A DNA stretch of 64,000 bases from Antedon mediterranea (GCF_964355755.1 NC_092678.1:22647365-22711364), one strand, 5' to 3'. Numbered from the stretch's first letter, positions 1 to 13,828 are shown. Notes: generated from the sequence alone by a model not told the origin. Program-made: numbers and translations.

Positions 1-990
1 ATGAGGCAGATGTACTAAATAAGTTATTAAATGATTCAGGTAATAGATTATGTTTATATTGATACATAAATATAGCAGTGTGTTTCGTATAAAGGTCAAA
101 CATTTTTAATGTTTGGGTCGAAATAAAAAGTGGATGAGAAGGATGCATAAAATGAACATGACAAATATTTCTAAGTGCTTTTTTCTGGAGAATATGTATA
201 CGGTTTAAGTTTGTAGCAGAAGTAGCACCCCATACTGTGATAGCATACGTTATTCTAGGTACTGTAATATAAGTGCATTGTATACCGTTAACAAGATTTT
301 ACTTTTTTTTTTTTTTTTTTTTTCATTTTTTTTTATTCATTTCAAAAAATACAACCATAACACAAATCACTTAAATATAAAGTAATAGGTATCAAAAAGA
401 TATGAACGTTTAAATAAAGTAACTTACAGTGATCAAACAATATTAAAAACTATAAATTATTAATTCCATTTTTTTTTTAAAAGTAAATAATTAATTAATT
501 TGGTAAATGCTGTGTTTTCCACAATTATGTAACTAATCTAACTAAATATAATTGTATTAATCAAATTAGCCAGAGATATACATTTACTAACATATTAATT
601 TTTTTTTTGTCTTTACATAGCAATAATAAATAATACTCATATTTATACATACACATACATACACACAAATATATCTTAATCTGTACTATTACCAAGGAAC
701 TATAATATAATTGTGTTAATTAAAATCAGATACATACATTTAACAACATAACCATTTTTGTTTCTTTAAAATAATACATATATATTAATAAAATACATAT
801 TTTTAATTATCTGTATTGTAACCAAGGAACTAATAGTATGCCTATAATAAATACTTAAATATATCTAACAAGTGCAAATAATAATTTCTGGTTTACATTT
901 TAATTTAATACAATAATAAAGAGCAAGCGTAATAATAATAATAATACACAAAAGTAAGTCATTTCCTCGAGAAACAGTATCGTTAAGTTA

Positions 991-3900
991 TCAAATATAA
1001 TCTTCTATTAATCTCCACTTTTGTCTGAAATTATACAATGTACTTCTTTTAGAAGCAATGTTTTTCTCTACGTTATAATTAAATTTTAACCGATTAAAGA
1101 AAACCTGGAAGACTGGCTTTTTGTGAGTTAATTTGTAACTAAATATAATTTTCTTAATCAACAAAATACATAGATTTAATAACATATCAGGATTTTCTGT
1201 ATTGTAACCAAATAATATGGAGGTTTTATCAAGGTAAATCTTTGTTTTTGAAATGTTTTCCCACCAAGTTGTGAATTCATCCCATAGTTTGGTTGCAATG
1301 TTACATTCAACCAAAAGATGGGTCATAGTTTCACTATTTGATTCACAATAGGAACACATATTACTCGGTACAATATTCATTTTATGTAGTCTACTATTAG
1401 TTGACAAGCAATTCACATTAATTTTATACTGAAATATTCTGGTTCTTACCTCCTGAGAACATTTAAATGGTAATACATAGATATTTTCCCATTTATCGCT
1501 ATCTACACCTAATTCATCCTGCAATTTACTTTGAGATGTTGGTATTTTAAAGATTTTTTTAATTAAGGCTCTGTATATATTTTTTGTACTCATACTTTCT
1601 AATTCTTTCTCTTCATTCTTTACTTCCACTATAAACCCTCTCTTTTTATAATTTGTTCGTAAAAACCCTAGCTTCATGTTTGCTTTCCACTGTGGGGGTA
1701 TTGCAGATATCGTCATTCTCCAGTGCATGAAATTACTTGTCGATAAGCCTCTCTTTATCCACGTATTAAAGGGAATGATATTACCGTTTTCATAAAAAAG
1801 GTCGCTTACTAAACATATCCCAACATCTCTGAGGCTCTTGTAATAAAATGGCTTGCCATGTATATGCATGTGCCTATTAAACCATATATATTGGGACCCT
1901 TCGTTTACTGTATCAGGATGTATTAATTCGAAATAAGCGTTTAACATATCCTTATAAAACAATGGAATATTTTTCCAACTACGGACACAGTCCGCGCTTA
2001 CATTACAATAAAAAATAGTGTCGCCTCCTTGCTTATTTAGGAACCTATGTAGTAGAGATCTCCATGCTGCATTGACATTTATGTTATATCGTTGTATCCA
2101 TTTTATCTTTAATGCCTTAAACATACTTTTGATATCTACCATTTTTAAGCCGCCTTCTTCAATATTCCCAATTAATGTTGTTCTTTTTATCATACCTTTA
2201 CCACCGTTCCATAAGAAATTAAATAGAATTGTTTCAATTGATTTAACTACATGGGGCGGTATATGTATGACAGATGCTAAATATATAAATTGGGATATTG
2301 CGAATGTTTTAATTAAAATTATTTTTCCTGCTAAGGTTAGTTGTCTGGTTCTCCATATGTTTAATATTGTTTTTAGTTGTTTAATTTTCGTTTCGAAATT
2401 ACATTTTTCCCGTTGTCTTTCATTATAAGAAAAGTAAACTCCTAATGCTTTTACTGGTTGTTGTGGCCATTGCATATGTATTGGTTTGTTTTTACATCGC
2501 CTATTTGAACCAAGCCATATAGCCTGCGATTTGCTTATATTTAATTTCAAGCCCGATATTTTTGAAAATTTCTCTATTAAGTTAATTATATTTTTTGCTG
2601 ACACTTCATCTTTCAAAAAGCATGTGGAGTCGTCTGCATATTGAGTTATTTTAATTTCTCTATTATTTACTGCAATCCCCTTAATAGTTTTATCGTCTCG
2701 TATGGCACATGCTAGTAATTCTATTGATAGGATAAATAAGTAAGGGCTGAGGGGGTCACCCTGTCGTACACCCCTTCCAACTGGAAAATAACTTGATGAC
2801 TGCCCATTATTTATCACGCAACTACTTATATCAGTATATAATGCTTTTATGAATTGAATAAATTTTTCTCCGAGGTTTACTTTTTTTAAAACCTGAAACA
2901 AAAAACCCCATTCAAGCGAATCGAATGCTTTTTCATAGTCCAAAAAAAGCATAATTCCTGGAATATTTTTTATTTTGGTAAACTCCATAATATCTTCAAT
3001 TGTTCGTACTGACTCGCCAATGTATCGGCCTTTTACAAAACCGGTTTGATCAATGTGGATAAGGGAAGGAATAAACTGGCTCAATCTAGTGGATAGTGCT
3101 TTCGATGCTATTTTGTAGTCCACATTTAGTAATGATATGGGTCTCCAATTCTTTAATTTGCATCGGTCTTTGCCTTCTTTTTCAATAAGAGTTATTACCG
3201 CCTGTCTCTCTGAGGTACTCATTTTTCCGCTATTTAAACCTATATTAAAGACCCCTTCCCTGCAATTTTGGACGTTTTTTGGAAAATAATACATATATAT
3301 CACTTTAAAAACATTAAACCATGTCATTCCTTGTCTTAAATGTACGTTTTATGGTAAATTATGATAAAAAGTGAGAAACAATGCACTACCTAAGTAGCTC
3401 GCGGCGATCGACCTCTCGTGGACGGTCTCAGGCCTAGCCTAGCTAGGCTTAGTTTTGTAGGCCTAGCTGGTAAACATCGGTAACGTACGAACATCGTACG
3501 CTAGCTATATACCTAGTCTGACGTTGTATAGTTGCTGCATTAATTGTCTTTCTATTTTTGCCAGACTCCGTTGATACAAATTGGGGAAAACCCAGTATTT
3601 TCGCTGAAAAGTTAGGAGTCTTCCATTTGTTTTGGCTTCACGATCGATCGAAAAGTGGGCGAATTACAGGTGAAAAACAACAATATCAATCCGCGCGCAA
3701 TGCATTTTGGGATTTATAGCGGGCCGCTATAATTATTAAAATCGATTTATTTTTCACATTTTTAACCGTTTAAAGACGAAAAAAGTTATCGCAATAGGAC
3801 CATATAGTATTATTTTTACATTAAATATAGTTTGTGATCTTAAATTAGATCTAAAAAACGTAGGGAATGGGGCTTTAAGTGTTTTTACCATTATTGGACC

Positions 3901-4220
3901 TATAATATCCCAGAATTTTAAATACCATTCGTCATTACCAGGGCTTTTATTTTGTGGCATGCTTTTTAGGGCATTGTAACATTCTCGAATTGTCAGGTCT
4001 CCTTCACAGATTATATTACTTTCTTCAGTTAAAGTTGGGATACTTTCGCTATTGAAAAAACTGTTATCTGTAAGACTTTCATTTATTTGAGTATTCGATT
4101 TGTATATTTTTTCGTAATAATCTTTTTGTAAATTTAATATATCTTGTGGATTAGTTATTTCTATCTCTGCATCTGTTATTATTTTTTTACATTGTTTTTT
4201 TCTATTATTCCTTTTTTCTA
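991..4220 (-). pseudogene. Tx1/L1 ORF2 remnant (RT + zinc knuckle)
   Basis: ORF 3754-3960 (KSPGND..IMVKTL) joins in frame to ORF 991-3327 (NIGLNSGKMSTSER) after the 3249-3874 MITE is removed. Confidence 0.9.
3249..3874. mobile_element. Kolobok-like non-autonomous DNA transposon
   Basis: TTAA TSD at 3245-3248 and 3875-3878. Imperfect TIRs AGACCCCTTCCCTGC / GTAGGGAATGGGGCT with purine-purine termini. Confidence 0.8.
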
Positions 4221-5483
4221 AACAAGATTTTACTTGATAACATAGACTTCACTTTGTTTAAGACACCAATTATTCGAGAAATACTGTTTGCTACCTCATT
4301 TACATGAAAATTAAACGATAAAGTTTCATCCAGAAATAAGCCTAGAAATTTAACTTCAGTAGCTTTTACAATACATTCATTTCCCATCCTCAATTCTAGT
4401 GAGGTAGTGTCAGCTGACTTATTTCTAGCCGGCCTTAAATATAACATATTTTGATTTGTTTACATTTAGCGTTAATTTGTTAGCAATAAACCAGTCCGAA
4501 AGTATAGATAACTCCTGGTTCATTGTATGAAAAGCTTGAGTAATATCATTGTGACTATAAAACACATTTGTGTCATCTGCATACATAATCATGTCTACAT
4601 GGTTACATGCTAGACTAATATCATTAATGAATATAAGAAATAATAATGGACCCAATATGGATCCCTGAGGAACTCCAGTGTTTACTGTCATTTTACTAGA
4701 CTAGATGGTACGCTCGCGTACCATCTAGGTCGTGCCCACAGATGGTTCTCGAATACATAATAATTTCAGCGTTAAAAAACTGGCGATTTCAAATGTACGT
4801 ACCGCAGGACAATAATACATGTCGTTTACAGGAACGAATAAATAGACACTGTGATTTCTGTACTGAACTAAAATTAGCACCCTGGGAATTACTTCCGAAA
4901 GAGAAACTTGTCACAAAATGAGACCAATTGTTTAAGTCAAATTTAAACAAACTTAATTTGTGTTTTGTATGTAACATTAGGGTTGAGGGATGGGGAAGAG
5001 GATGGGTACAAACAGGAACAATTTTTAAATAGGCCTATATTCTTTATCCATTTAGTAACGAAATATTAATTGTTTACATGTTTTACAAATAATATACCAC
5101 TAAACACAGTAAAACATTGCGATGTAATACTTTGTTGAAACTATCACCGTCCTAGTCGATTGAAATAGTATAGTACATGTAACGATACATCACTACGACG
5201 TGTATATGTTTATATAATGTAAAACAATTTGTGAAAACCACCCCTATTCGGGGCAAATCATAAATTCGATTTAATCGTCAATAAATATTAAATTATCTAA
5301 CTCAACTTAATGGTTTTCAATTGTTTCTTAGAGCCAATTCATACTTAAGTTGGTTCCTAACCCTACCCACCAAAGTTGTTCTGCGTTTAGGGCATGTGAT
5401 GCACCGTAGGCCTATCCTCTACTGGCTTTACAACGACTCATGCCAGTGAGGGAAGGGTGATGATGTCACGTGGGTGGTTTAAC

Positions 5484-5507
5484 CAGGGAAGAGTTAACTC
5501 TTCCCTG
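5484..5507. other. 24-bp perfect palindrome flanked by a 7-bp TSD (putative transposon excision footprint)
   Basis: CAGGGAAGAGTTAACTCTTCCCTG between two copies of GTTTAAC. Absent from the sister Helitron copies at about 23690 and 48200. Confidence 0.75.
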
Positions 5508-5825
5508 GTTTAACTGCAATAATAAAGATTTGTACATAATATACGGCGACTGAAAACTCTAGCTCATTATCCGTTTAAAAAATTCTATATCCAACCTCTG
5601 CAGCACAGATTGAAAAAAAAATGGATCGAATTTCTGTTATGAGTATACAGTACTTGCCTTTACGACGCCTGAGGGAATAGACACTTGTGGAACAGAGATT
5701 CATTTCAAATCAATACATTTGTATAAACGTATATTAAATCTATCAAAATAGTATTTTTTAAAGAAAATCCGCCTGTCTTCAACATTATGATGCTGTACTC
5801 GAGCTGTTCAACCGGTTTTTAGCCA

Positions 5826-7027
5826 TCTATATATAAATTATGGTTAATTCTGACATAGGCGAGCACAATGCAAAAACTTCGGTACAAATCTCCGCCTTGG
5901 ATACCTACCTTATCTATCCGAGATGTACCGCGAAACGTAGATTTGATAACATTAGTGTGCACGCCGACGCTATTGTTCCATAAATATATCTTAGGAAGAT
6001 ATTATAAAGAGTTTTTTAACAACATTTATGATTTCAACATTGGATTTTCCTCTCAATTTCAATTCTTCCCGGTCAAAGTAATTTCCGGGTTTAAGATAAG
6101 TTCACCTTAGTTTCAAATATTTTCTCTTTTTTATACACAAGGGAGCAGTTAAAATAATAGATTTGACCCTAAAGGTGACTGGAAACAGGCACTTTCCATC
6201 AATCAATACAGTGTCCCTTTGGAAGACGAAAAAAAATTGGCCATTAATCATAGCCATTTCAGTTTTTTGTTTATTTTAAAACATACCACACGTGTGTGAA
6301 GGTACAGTAGTTAAATAATAGGAATTATACTGCAAATTAATAAAGATCAAATAAAATATACGCCATAAAGAATCAGAATATATTGTGGGGATAGTATTAT
6401 AAAATTACATAGGGAGATTTGATAAGACATTTTTCGAGTGAAATCCCGAAATCCTGAGTTTTATTGAGTAAGCTTGCAGGAATAACTGTAGGCTATTAAT
6501 TATTAGGATGGTATTCATTTGAATAAACGCCTCTCCAATAAAACATCACTTTGAATAATAACCCCCCCCCCCCCCCCCAACTATCTAATATTAAATAAAC
6601 GTCCATCCACATATTTATAATAACACAATTATACTATTTGTAGTAGAATTCACCGCACTGTTATCTGCAATTTACCAAGCATTTGTTATTCTTTTTTACC
6701 ACTTTTCATATCTATGAGAGGATTTCATTTGATTATAAATGTTACCATATTATTAGAACTAAAAAATTTAACATATATCCCTCGAATAAGCACCTCCCTC
6801 GAATGACCTCCGCCTCCCCAAAGGGCCCTACCAAACAATAAAAACTATACTTTAAAATTTTATTAATCATCTAAAACACTGTGAAACAAAGTAGTTCAGT
6901 TTTACGAATGTCAAGCATTTTCAATAATGGTAACCGACAGAAAATGTATAAGGAGAACATTATCATTCCGAGAACCATCGTCTACACTTCCTAGAGGGGG
7001 AGCGAGCGAAGCGAGCTCACCCTCTAG
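5826..7027 (+). mobile_element. Second Helitron (family B) nested in the family A Helitron
   Basis: Starts TCTATATATA after A, and ends with hairpin CTAGAGGGGGAGCGAGCGAAGCGAGCTCACCCTCTAG before T. The empty site is visible in the copies at about 23365 and 34260. Confidence 0.88.
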
Positions 7028-9949
7028 TTAAAAACAATTATCGTAGGAGGAGATAGGAAAATGCGAAGCATCCTCTTATTATTGTCTGCGGGTATTTTTC
7101 AAGACGGACATACATTAGACAGTGTATACCACGATCGGAAAACACCCCTATTTGGGGCAAATCGTTGAACCTAAATTCGTTTTAATCGTCAATAACTAAT
7201 TATCTAACTCGATTTAATTAGTAAACAGGTTTACATCAGGTGGTTAGAATCAGTACCGAAAGTACGAACCAACTTTACATACCATCGAGTAAACATTCTA
7301 GAAATTACGCGCGATTTACCGAATTTTGCCCTTACGTAAATTTATATATAGATGCAGTATTAACAATAAATGTGTATTGTAGTCTTTTTTTAAGATAGTT
7401 TGAGAACCAGTTTAGCGGAACTCCTCTTATACCATAAAATCTTAACTTATCTAATAATATATCATGATCGATTGTATCAAACGCTTTTGATAAATCAAGG
7501 AAAACTCCTAGTGTGAACTCTTTATTCTCAATAGCGTTTGTGATTTTTTTCAATCGATTGTATTAAAGCATGACTAGTTGAATGGTGTTGTCTAAATCCA
7601 TACTGTGTTTTACTCAGTACGTTATATTTTGAGAGGTAACAAATCGTTTGATCATACACAATCTTCTCAAATATTTTGGAAAAAAAGGGTAAAATGGAAA
7701 TAGGCCGATAATTATTTATATCGGAGATGTCACCATTCTTAAATACCGGGATAACTTTAGCAATTTTTATATCAGCCGGGACACAGCCCGATGATAATGA
7801 CGTATTAATAATATGCAATAAAGGTTTTAAAATAAACGGGGAAGCAGATTTTATGAGTTGGGCACTTATACCATCATGGCCAGGAGAAGTATTCTTTGTG
7901 TTTTTAATATAGTGGTTAAGTTCATGTTCAGTAACAGGCTTAAAAAACATTGAAGAGGTAAAATTTCCCTTTAAGAAAGTTCTGTGGGTGATTTGATCAT
8001 TTTGACATTCATGCCTAAATTTATTATTTAGTTTTTCTCCAATATTAATAAAAAAAGAGTTGAATGCATCAGCTTTCTCATCATTATCAGAGAAAGTCTC
8101 AGTACCCAATTTTATTTTTGTAGGCAAATTGGTAGTCTTTTTCCTACCCATTATATCATTTAAGATTGTCCACGTTTTTTTAATATCTTGTTTATTTTGT
8201 TCAAACTGGACCATATAATATTCTTTTTTCCGATTTCTAATAGTAGTGGTTAACTTGTTTCTAAAATGTATGTACGTACTTTTATTAGTAGTGGTGTTAT
8301 TTTGTTTGTACTTTTTATATAATTTATGTTTTTGAGAGATAGCTCTGGCAATTTCAGCTGTGATCCAAGGAGATTTTAACTTGTTCGCCTTATTTCTAAT
8401 TCGTTTTAAAGGGAAACCATTATCAATTGTTTTATTTAAAGTGTTTGTAAAATTTTGATAAGCAACATTCGCATTATTTGAGGATAGCACATCATTCCAC
8501 TGATTGCTTTGTAATTCTTGCAAAAAATACTCCGTTTGTTGAGGAGAGTATTGTCGTTTATATACAAATCGAGGATATTGCTTATTATGTTTTTCCAAAG
8601 TATCTACACAGAATATTGGGAAGTGATCAGAAATATCAGTAATAAGTATTCCACTTTTAAGGGACGTAGTAAAAGAATCGATGTTGCAATAAATGTTATC
8701 AATTATTGAAGCACAATTATCGGATATTCTAGTAGGACTTTTTATGATTGGCTGAAATGACTGAGAAAATATTGTGTCTAAGTGTGATTGGATAGTGTTG
8801 TCGGTAGATTGTTGGAGTAAGTTTATGTTATAGTCTCCCACAAGGTAAGCTTTCCTTTTTTCTAGATTAATCATTTGCATTACACATGTTAATTCATCAT
8901 CAAACTTTTGCAAGGAACGTGAGGGTGGTCTATAAACTATACCACAAATAACATTATTTCCTGATTCTAACTCAATCTCAATAAAAATAGTCTCTGCTTC
9001 AGTCATACAAGATGACAGATCATTTCTAATAATATATGTTAGTTTGTTGGTAACATAGAACGCTACCCCACCACCTCTCTTATCTTTCCTATCATTGTGA
9101 ATCAAACTGTAGCCTGGTAACTGGTATAGATTAATATTATCTTTTTCGATTAACCAGGTTTCACTGAAGGCAATGACGGAGAAGGCATGTACGAGTGAGT
9201 CTAAATAGTTTGAGATTAAGTCAAACTTATTAACAACACTACGACAGTTTAGTCCAAATATAGAAAAGTTTGATGATAAATTAGAATGTTCAAGTGAAGA
9301 AATTAAGTTATCTTCGTTAAAATATTCTGTGCTCACATTTACATTATCAAAAAGGTCACATTCAAACATTTAAATTAGACAGAAAAGGAAATGACAAATG
9401 AATAAAATTGAGCAAGCTGCTTACAGCAGAGAATAGTTAACACTATATAGCCTAAGTTAACAAGTATGTACAATAAATTACAATATATACAATGTAATAT
9501 GAATTGTTTTATCATGACATACCAACAACAACTAAACGACAGGCAGTGAAACAATAATGATGATCATGGACGCCAATTAAGTATTTGGTTAACTTAAACG
9601 ATTTTGATCAATCTAACTCACCGATGTCCAGAATGTATTATTATGGCAAGTTATCGTTACTCACTGGTAAGTCAAAGCATCGCCGGTAAACAGCTACGTT
9701 GAAACGGTCTAGAATATGATGTCTCAATAACGGCGCTCACTTATTAATCACATCAGCCACTTAATGTTGTTATTGTTATAATCTGTCATTATACATCACT
9801 AGTGAAGTACGGATAGTATAACTTAAATACATTTAGTTGTGTTGTGTTTCATTAAAACGATGTGTTTAACGTTTACGAGTTTGATCAACCCAGTAACTCA
9901 TCGATGAATTACCAGTAAACAACTACGTTGAAACTTACATCGTCAACAG

Positions 9950-9980
9950 CAGGGAAGAGTTAAATTACAACTCTTCCCTG
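9950..9980. other. 31-bp near-palindrome flanked by an 8-bp TSD (same termini as 5484-5507)
   Basis: CAGGGAAGAGTT-AAATTAC-AACTCTTCCCTG between GTCAACAG copies at 9942-9949 and 9981-9988. Confidence 0.75.
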
Positions 9981-10299
9981 GTCAACAGCCACTTAATTGT
10001 TGTTGGTATTTCTCATTATGTAACACTATCGTCGCACACCTGCCGTGGGTCACATGATTGAAGTTTGAATGGACAGAGATATCCAGAACATAACAGCCAG
10101 GTGCGCGACATAAACAAACAAACTTCGTTTATTTACAATTTATAACGGTAGAAATACTACTACAATCACATAATTAGTCTACGTTCTACAAGACAATGAT
10201 AGACTCTGCGGTAGTGTAGGTATGAAATATAATTCATAAACATTAACTAATTGTGTTCAATTGAACATTAATTAATTTGGCTTAATGACTTAATTATAG

Positions 10300-11126
10300 T
10301 TATTTTAGTGGCTTGTATGGCTTACCGTCGATAAACAGTTGTCCATTTCTGAATACGGGCTTACGTTTTTCGGCATATGCCTGCGCCATAATTGTAGATA
10401 ATTCTCTCTTTTTCTTCATGTCCGCGTCAGGTAAATCTTCAGTAGTAATAAATACGTTTTGTGATTTACTTTTTAATTTTACTTTTCCTAGTTTTAGGAC
10501 TTGGTTTCTTTGTGGACGGTACAGAAATTTAGCTATTATATGCCTCGGTTTGTTATCTAAACGGCGTTTCCCGGTGCGATGGCAATTTTCAATTTCGATG
10601 TCCTCACGAGTCCGAGTTCTTCGCGTAGTACTTTTTGCAATAAGTCCTCGGTGTTTTCTGTAGCATTTTCTATAACTCCTCCAAACCTTAGATTAAAACT
10701 CCTACTGTATCTTTCTTGTTTTAGGATTGAATTTTCCATGTCCGCCATTTTATCCTGATAAGCCGCCATTTTGTTTTCATACTCCTCCATTTTCTTGATT
10801 TCATTTCCAATTTTTTTTATTTGTTCCTTCGTTTTGTTAGTTGAATCATGCGCATATTCCACACTTTTTTCTAGATCTTTGACAGTTGTTTCCAGTTTGG
10901 TAAGCCTTTTGTTGTAGTTTTTTTGATTTTCTAGGACTTTATCTAGTTTACCATTAAGTTGTTCTGATAGCCTACCTAGTTGATCGGCAAGCGTTTGAAT
11001 TTCCCCCTGTCGATCGCCGGAGGCTTCGATTGGATCATCTGCTTCTGGACTTTCGGAGGGTCTAGCTTTTCTTGTTAAGTCAATTGATTTAGTATTTGCC
11101 CTAGTAGGCCTATTAGTCGCCATCAT
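10300..11126 (-). pseudogene. LINE ORF1 (coiled coil + RRM + CTD, L1 ORF1p-like), frameshifted near 10600
   Basis: Coiled coil followed by ERYSRSFNLRFGG. The shifted frame continues EIENCHRTG..KPRHIIAKF..EDLP..GQLFIDGKPYKPLK*. Confidence 0.85.
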
Positions 11127-11457
11127 GCAGTCTTCATTTAGTTATTGTATACAACTTTTAAAAAATAGTAGAGTTTGTTGGCTATATATTACCTTTAGTC
11201 TGAATTTAAGATCTTTTTCCTTGCATGTAAAAGATAGGAATTAATATAAGAAATCATTGAAAAAGCAAAAGTATGTGTATGTATGAACAATTGTGACCTA
11301 AAATTACATGATACAGGCACCATGTGATGCTGTATTACCAAATATTCCTATGATACTTCGGAAATAGATAGTATGTGGAGATACAGCACTTGGAATTGGG
11401 TGAAGTGACACTGTAGTGTAAAATAGTCACAAAGAAAAGAAAAGATCAAACGCTTAA

Positions 11458-11836
11458 GGCTGCTACTCACTAGGACGATAACGATCGACGATGAATAGAT
11501 AAACATTAATTTTTCTTACATAAAACAAAAGAAATGTAAAATTCATTTAGAACTATAGGACAACCATAAATTTCCGCTATCTTTGATAAAAATAAGATTT
11601 TTTAAATCCATTCAAATGACGTAATGATCAGTATAAGAACAATACAAACCGTTTTACCGTCACGATATTATTGTACTTACTAATCAAGACGTCATTTGAT
11701 TGGACTTGCGAATATTATTCTTATCAAAGGCAGCATATATGATTATCCAGTTCTAGGATGAAAACATTTTAAATTTCTTTTGTTTTATATAACATGCGTA
11801 TCTATGTATCGTCGATTGTCCTAGTGTAAATGGACC
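11458..11836. mobile_element. Fold-back MITE flanked by TTAA (Harbinger- or Kolobok-like)
   Basis: Long imperfect inverted arms (CACTAGGACGATAACGATCGACGATG / TCGTCGATTGTCCTAGTG) with TTAA on both sides. Partial copy near 47513. Confidence 0.65.
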
Positions 11837-12015
11837 TTAATAACATACCGTAAAATCTCTATTTGAGATAGGCTTCTTTTCGAGATGGGCTGTAAATGTT
11901 GTGAATTGCTACTACAATAATAGGATTTTTGAAACATTAGCGGCCAATTTTACATAATAATAATATTTCTAAGCGCTTTACACACAAAAGTGATCCATAA
12001 AATATCTTTAAAAAA

Positions 12016-13586
12016 CTAGACATGTAACTCGTCACTTTGACGAGTTTGGTTATCCGCCGCGCAAGTGGTGCAACATTAACATTAAGGGGATAGGTTGAGG
12101 ACAAAAGGAAGTGTTCACGTTGGCATTATGACCTGAACTGAAGAATATGATATGTTGTTATTGCTGAATTTTATTATTTAAATTCATATATAGTATACAC
12201 AGTATAATCTGTATCCATATCACATACAGTGTAGAATAGGTGAAATTACGGGACCCGCTATTTATTGCAATTTTTAACATGTTGACAGTTTTAAAATGAA
12301 ACGCGAAGGTAGCAATTCCGAAAGGAAATTATCTCAGCAACAACGTACGTATTAGCGTGTAGGAGAAATTTGAATACGTGAAATATTGATGCGCGCTCTT
12401 TTAAATGTAATGAATTATGACGCAAAAGATGAAAATACGACCTTTTTTATTTAACTGGCCATATGATGACGTCACAACATCCGATTGGCAACATTTTTAC
12501 ATAATTTCGTATCTACAATCCAATAGCTTCCAGAAAAAGTTTTAATCGTGATTATCACATTTTATTTTTACGAGCTATAACAGATTAAAATTTACTGTAA
12601 AGATGAAATTGATGCCACACGTGATTTAAATTTTTAGGCATGATGACGTCAAAAAAATTAAAATATTTTTAACTCATGCGAAAGATAGTGGATTGACCTA
12701 GACAATATCAAAATCGGGGTGAAAATGGAAAACGGATAAGTGGAGATGCGCTCTATTCAATGTGATGAGCTATGACGAAAGATACAAAAATCCTAAATTT
12801 TATATTCGCGTGGCCATACGATGACGTCACAATGTCCGGTTAGCCATATTAATACCTGATCCCATATCTACAACTCATCTACTTCTAGAATATGTCATCC
12901 ACAAAAATTTGACCGTCTAGTTTAGAAATTACGACTGTTTAAAAAAAGGCATATTTTAAACGAATTTTTTAACCTTTTCATAAAAAACGCGCGCAAATTG
13001 TCCAATTCGACGTGCTCGTATGACGTATGTTTAAGTCGAAATTGTTTAAAATTTGGTAAAAAATTACTAGAAAAGGCTGGAAAAACATAAATCACGCGAA
13101 AAAAATACGTTTTCAATGCTACGTGCACACCGCACACGTAAAAATGTGCGCACGCGTGGGAATTTTTGACATGCTTAAAACGACATGAAACGCGTAGAAA
13201 GTTGATTAGAAATTAATTTTGCGCATTTTGAAATTTTAAATGCGCGTGCGCGCGTAACTTTGTGTAAAACACGGAATTTTTTTTCAACAGAAAGTTAGCG
13301 CATGATATAAATTAAACTTTTGCAAAGTTTCAAGTTGAAATGTTATTTGGTTGTCGAGCTATGTTAAATACGACAAAATGGTTAAATCGCGCGTAAGTCA
13401 CGTTGCGCAATTGTAAACTTCATGAAAAGCTTCGCTTGACGACGTTACGTAAATATCAATATGTTAAGATAGTTACCGAAATGTTATGTTTGCGAGTTTT
13501 AGAGAAAAGCGTTACACAAAAATCATACAGAATGATTTCGTACAATCACAAGAGGTTATCCTGCAACTTCGTTGCGGATAACCAAT
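12016..13586 (-). mobile_element. Helentron-type (DINE/HINE-like) non-autonomous element with internal tandem units
   Basis: 5' subTIR GGTTATCCGC within a hairpin at 13553-13583. 3' subTIR plus stem-loop ACTCGTCAAAGTGACGAGT, then CTAG-TTTT. Repeated TGGCCATAyGATGACGTCAC units internally. Confidence 0.7.
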
Positions 13587-13828
13587 AAAAAAAATGAAGA
13601 AAAGCAGAGTAAGCATTTACACCTTCCGTTCTCCAGCGCCGGAACAGTATTCACAGGATCAAAACACCATTTTAAACTGTAAAATATATATCTGCATCAC
13701 AAGTTATCTGGCATTAAATCACCTTGTTCTTTTGATTTACTATGGATATTTTTTTTAATGGGCTTCTTTAAAAGAAGTTTTTACAGAGTAATTGATTAAT
13801 AAAGATATAACTGTATTAAATGACTTAC

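Larger units (their letters stand above)
305..4220 (-). mobile_element. 5'-truncated Tx1/L1-clade LINE inserted into the CR1 element
   Basis: Poly(A) tail seen as a T-run from about 303. 15-bp TSD AACAAGATTTTACTT at 290-304 and 4221-4235. L1-type RT (WRPISLLNVDYK, QGDPLSP, QYADD) and a C-terminal CCHC motif. Confidence 0.93.
4701..7352 (-). mobile_element. Non-autonomous Helitron, family A
   Basis: 5' TCTATATATA and 3' hairpin CTAGATGGTACGCGAGCGTACCATCTAG ending in CTAG. Inserted at A|T with no TSD; the host frame NTA|SSKMTV is restored on removal. Homologous to 23058-24486. Confidence 0.9.
1..9369 (-). pseudogene. LINE ORF2 (APE endonuclease + reverse transcriptase), disrupted
   Basis: ORFs 7528-9369, 7332-7553, 4425-4691 and 4205-4447 join into one CR1-type pol once the Helitron (4701-7352) and the Tx1 insert (305-4220) are removed. 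Frameshifts near 7545 and 4440. Confidence 0.9.
1..11185 (-). mobile_element. CR1/L2-group (Crack/Daphne-like) LINE, split by nested insertions; 3' end runs off the left edge
   Basis: ORF1 at 10300-11126. ORF2 has an APE endonuclease (SETWL, GGGV, YRPP, GDYN, SDH) and RT motifs (YRPISIL, QYGFR, FLDLSKAFD, GVPQGSILGP, YADDT) in pieces 7353-9369, 4236-4700 and 1-289. The 5' boundary is approximate. Confidence 0.9.

Noticed and set aside
2018-2428. Many 60-140 aa ORFs antisense to, or overlapping, LINE, Gypsy and NACHT ORFs
   Set aside because: Shadow ORFs of real coding sequence.
4789-4977. Recurrent short ORFs (MLHTKHKL at 4789/24201; MVDSKSIF at 33751/35262)
   Set aside because: They recur only because the non-coding repeats recur; no protein motifs, and no Rep/helicase or transposase.
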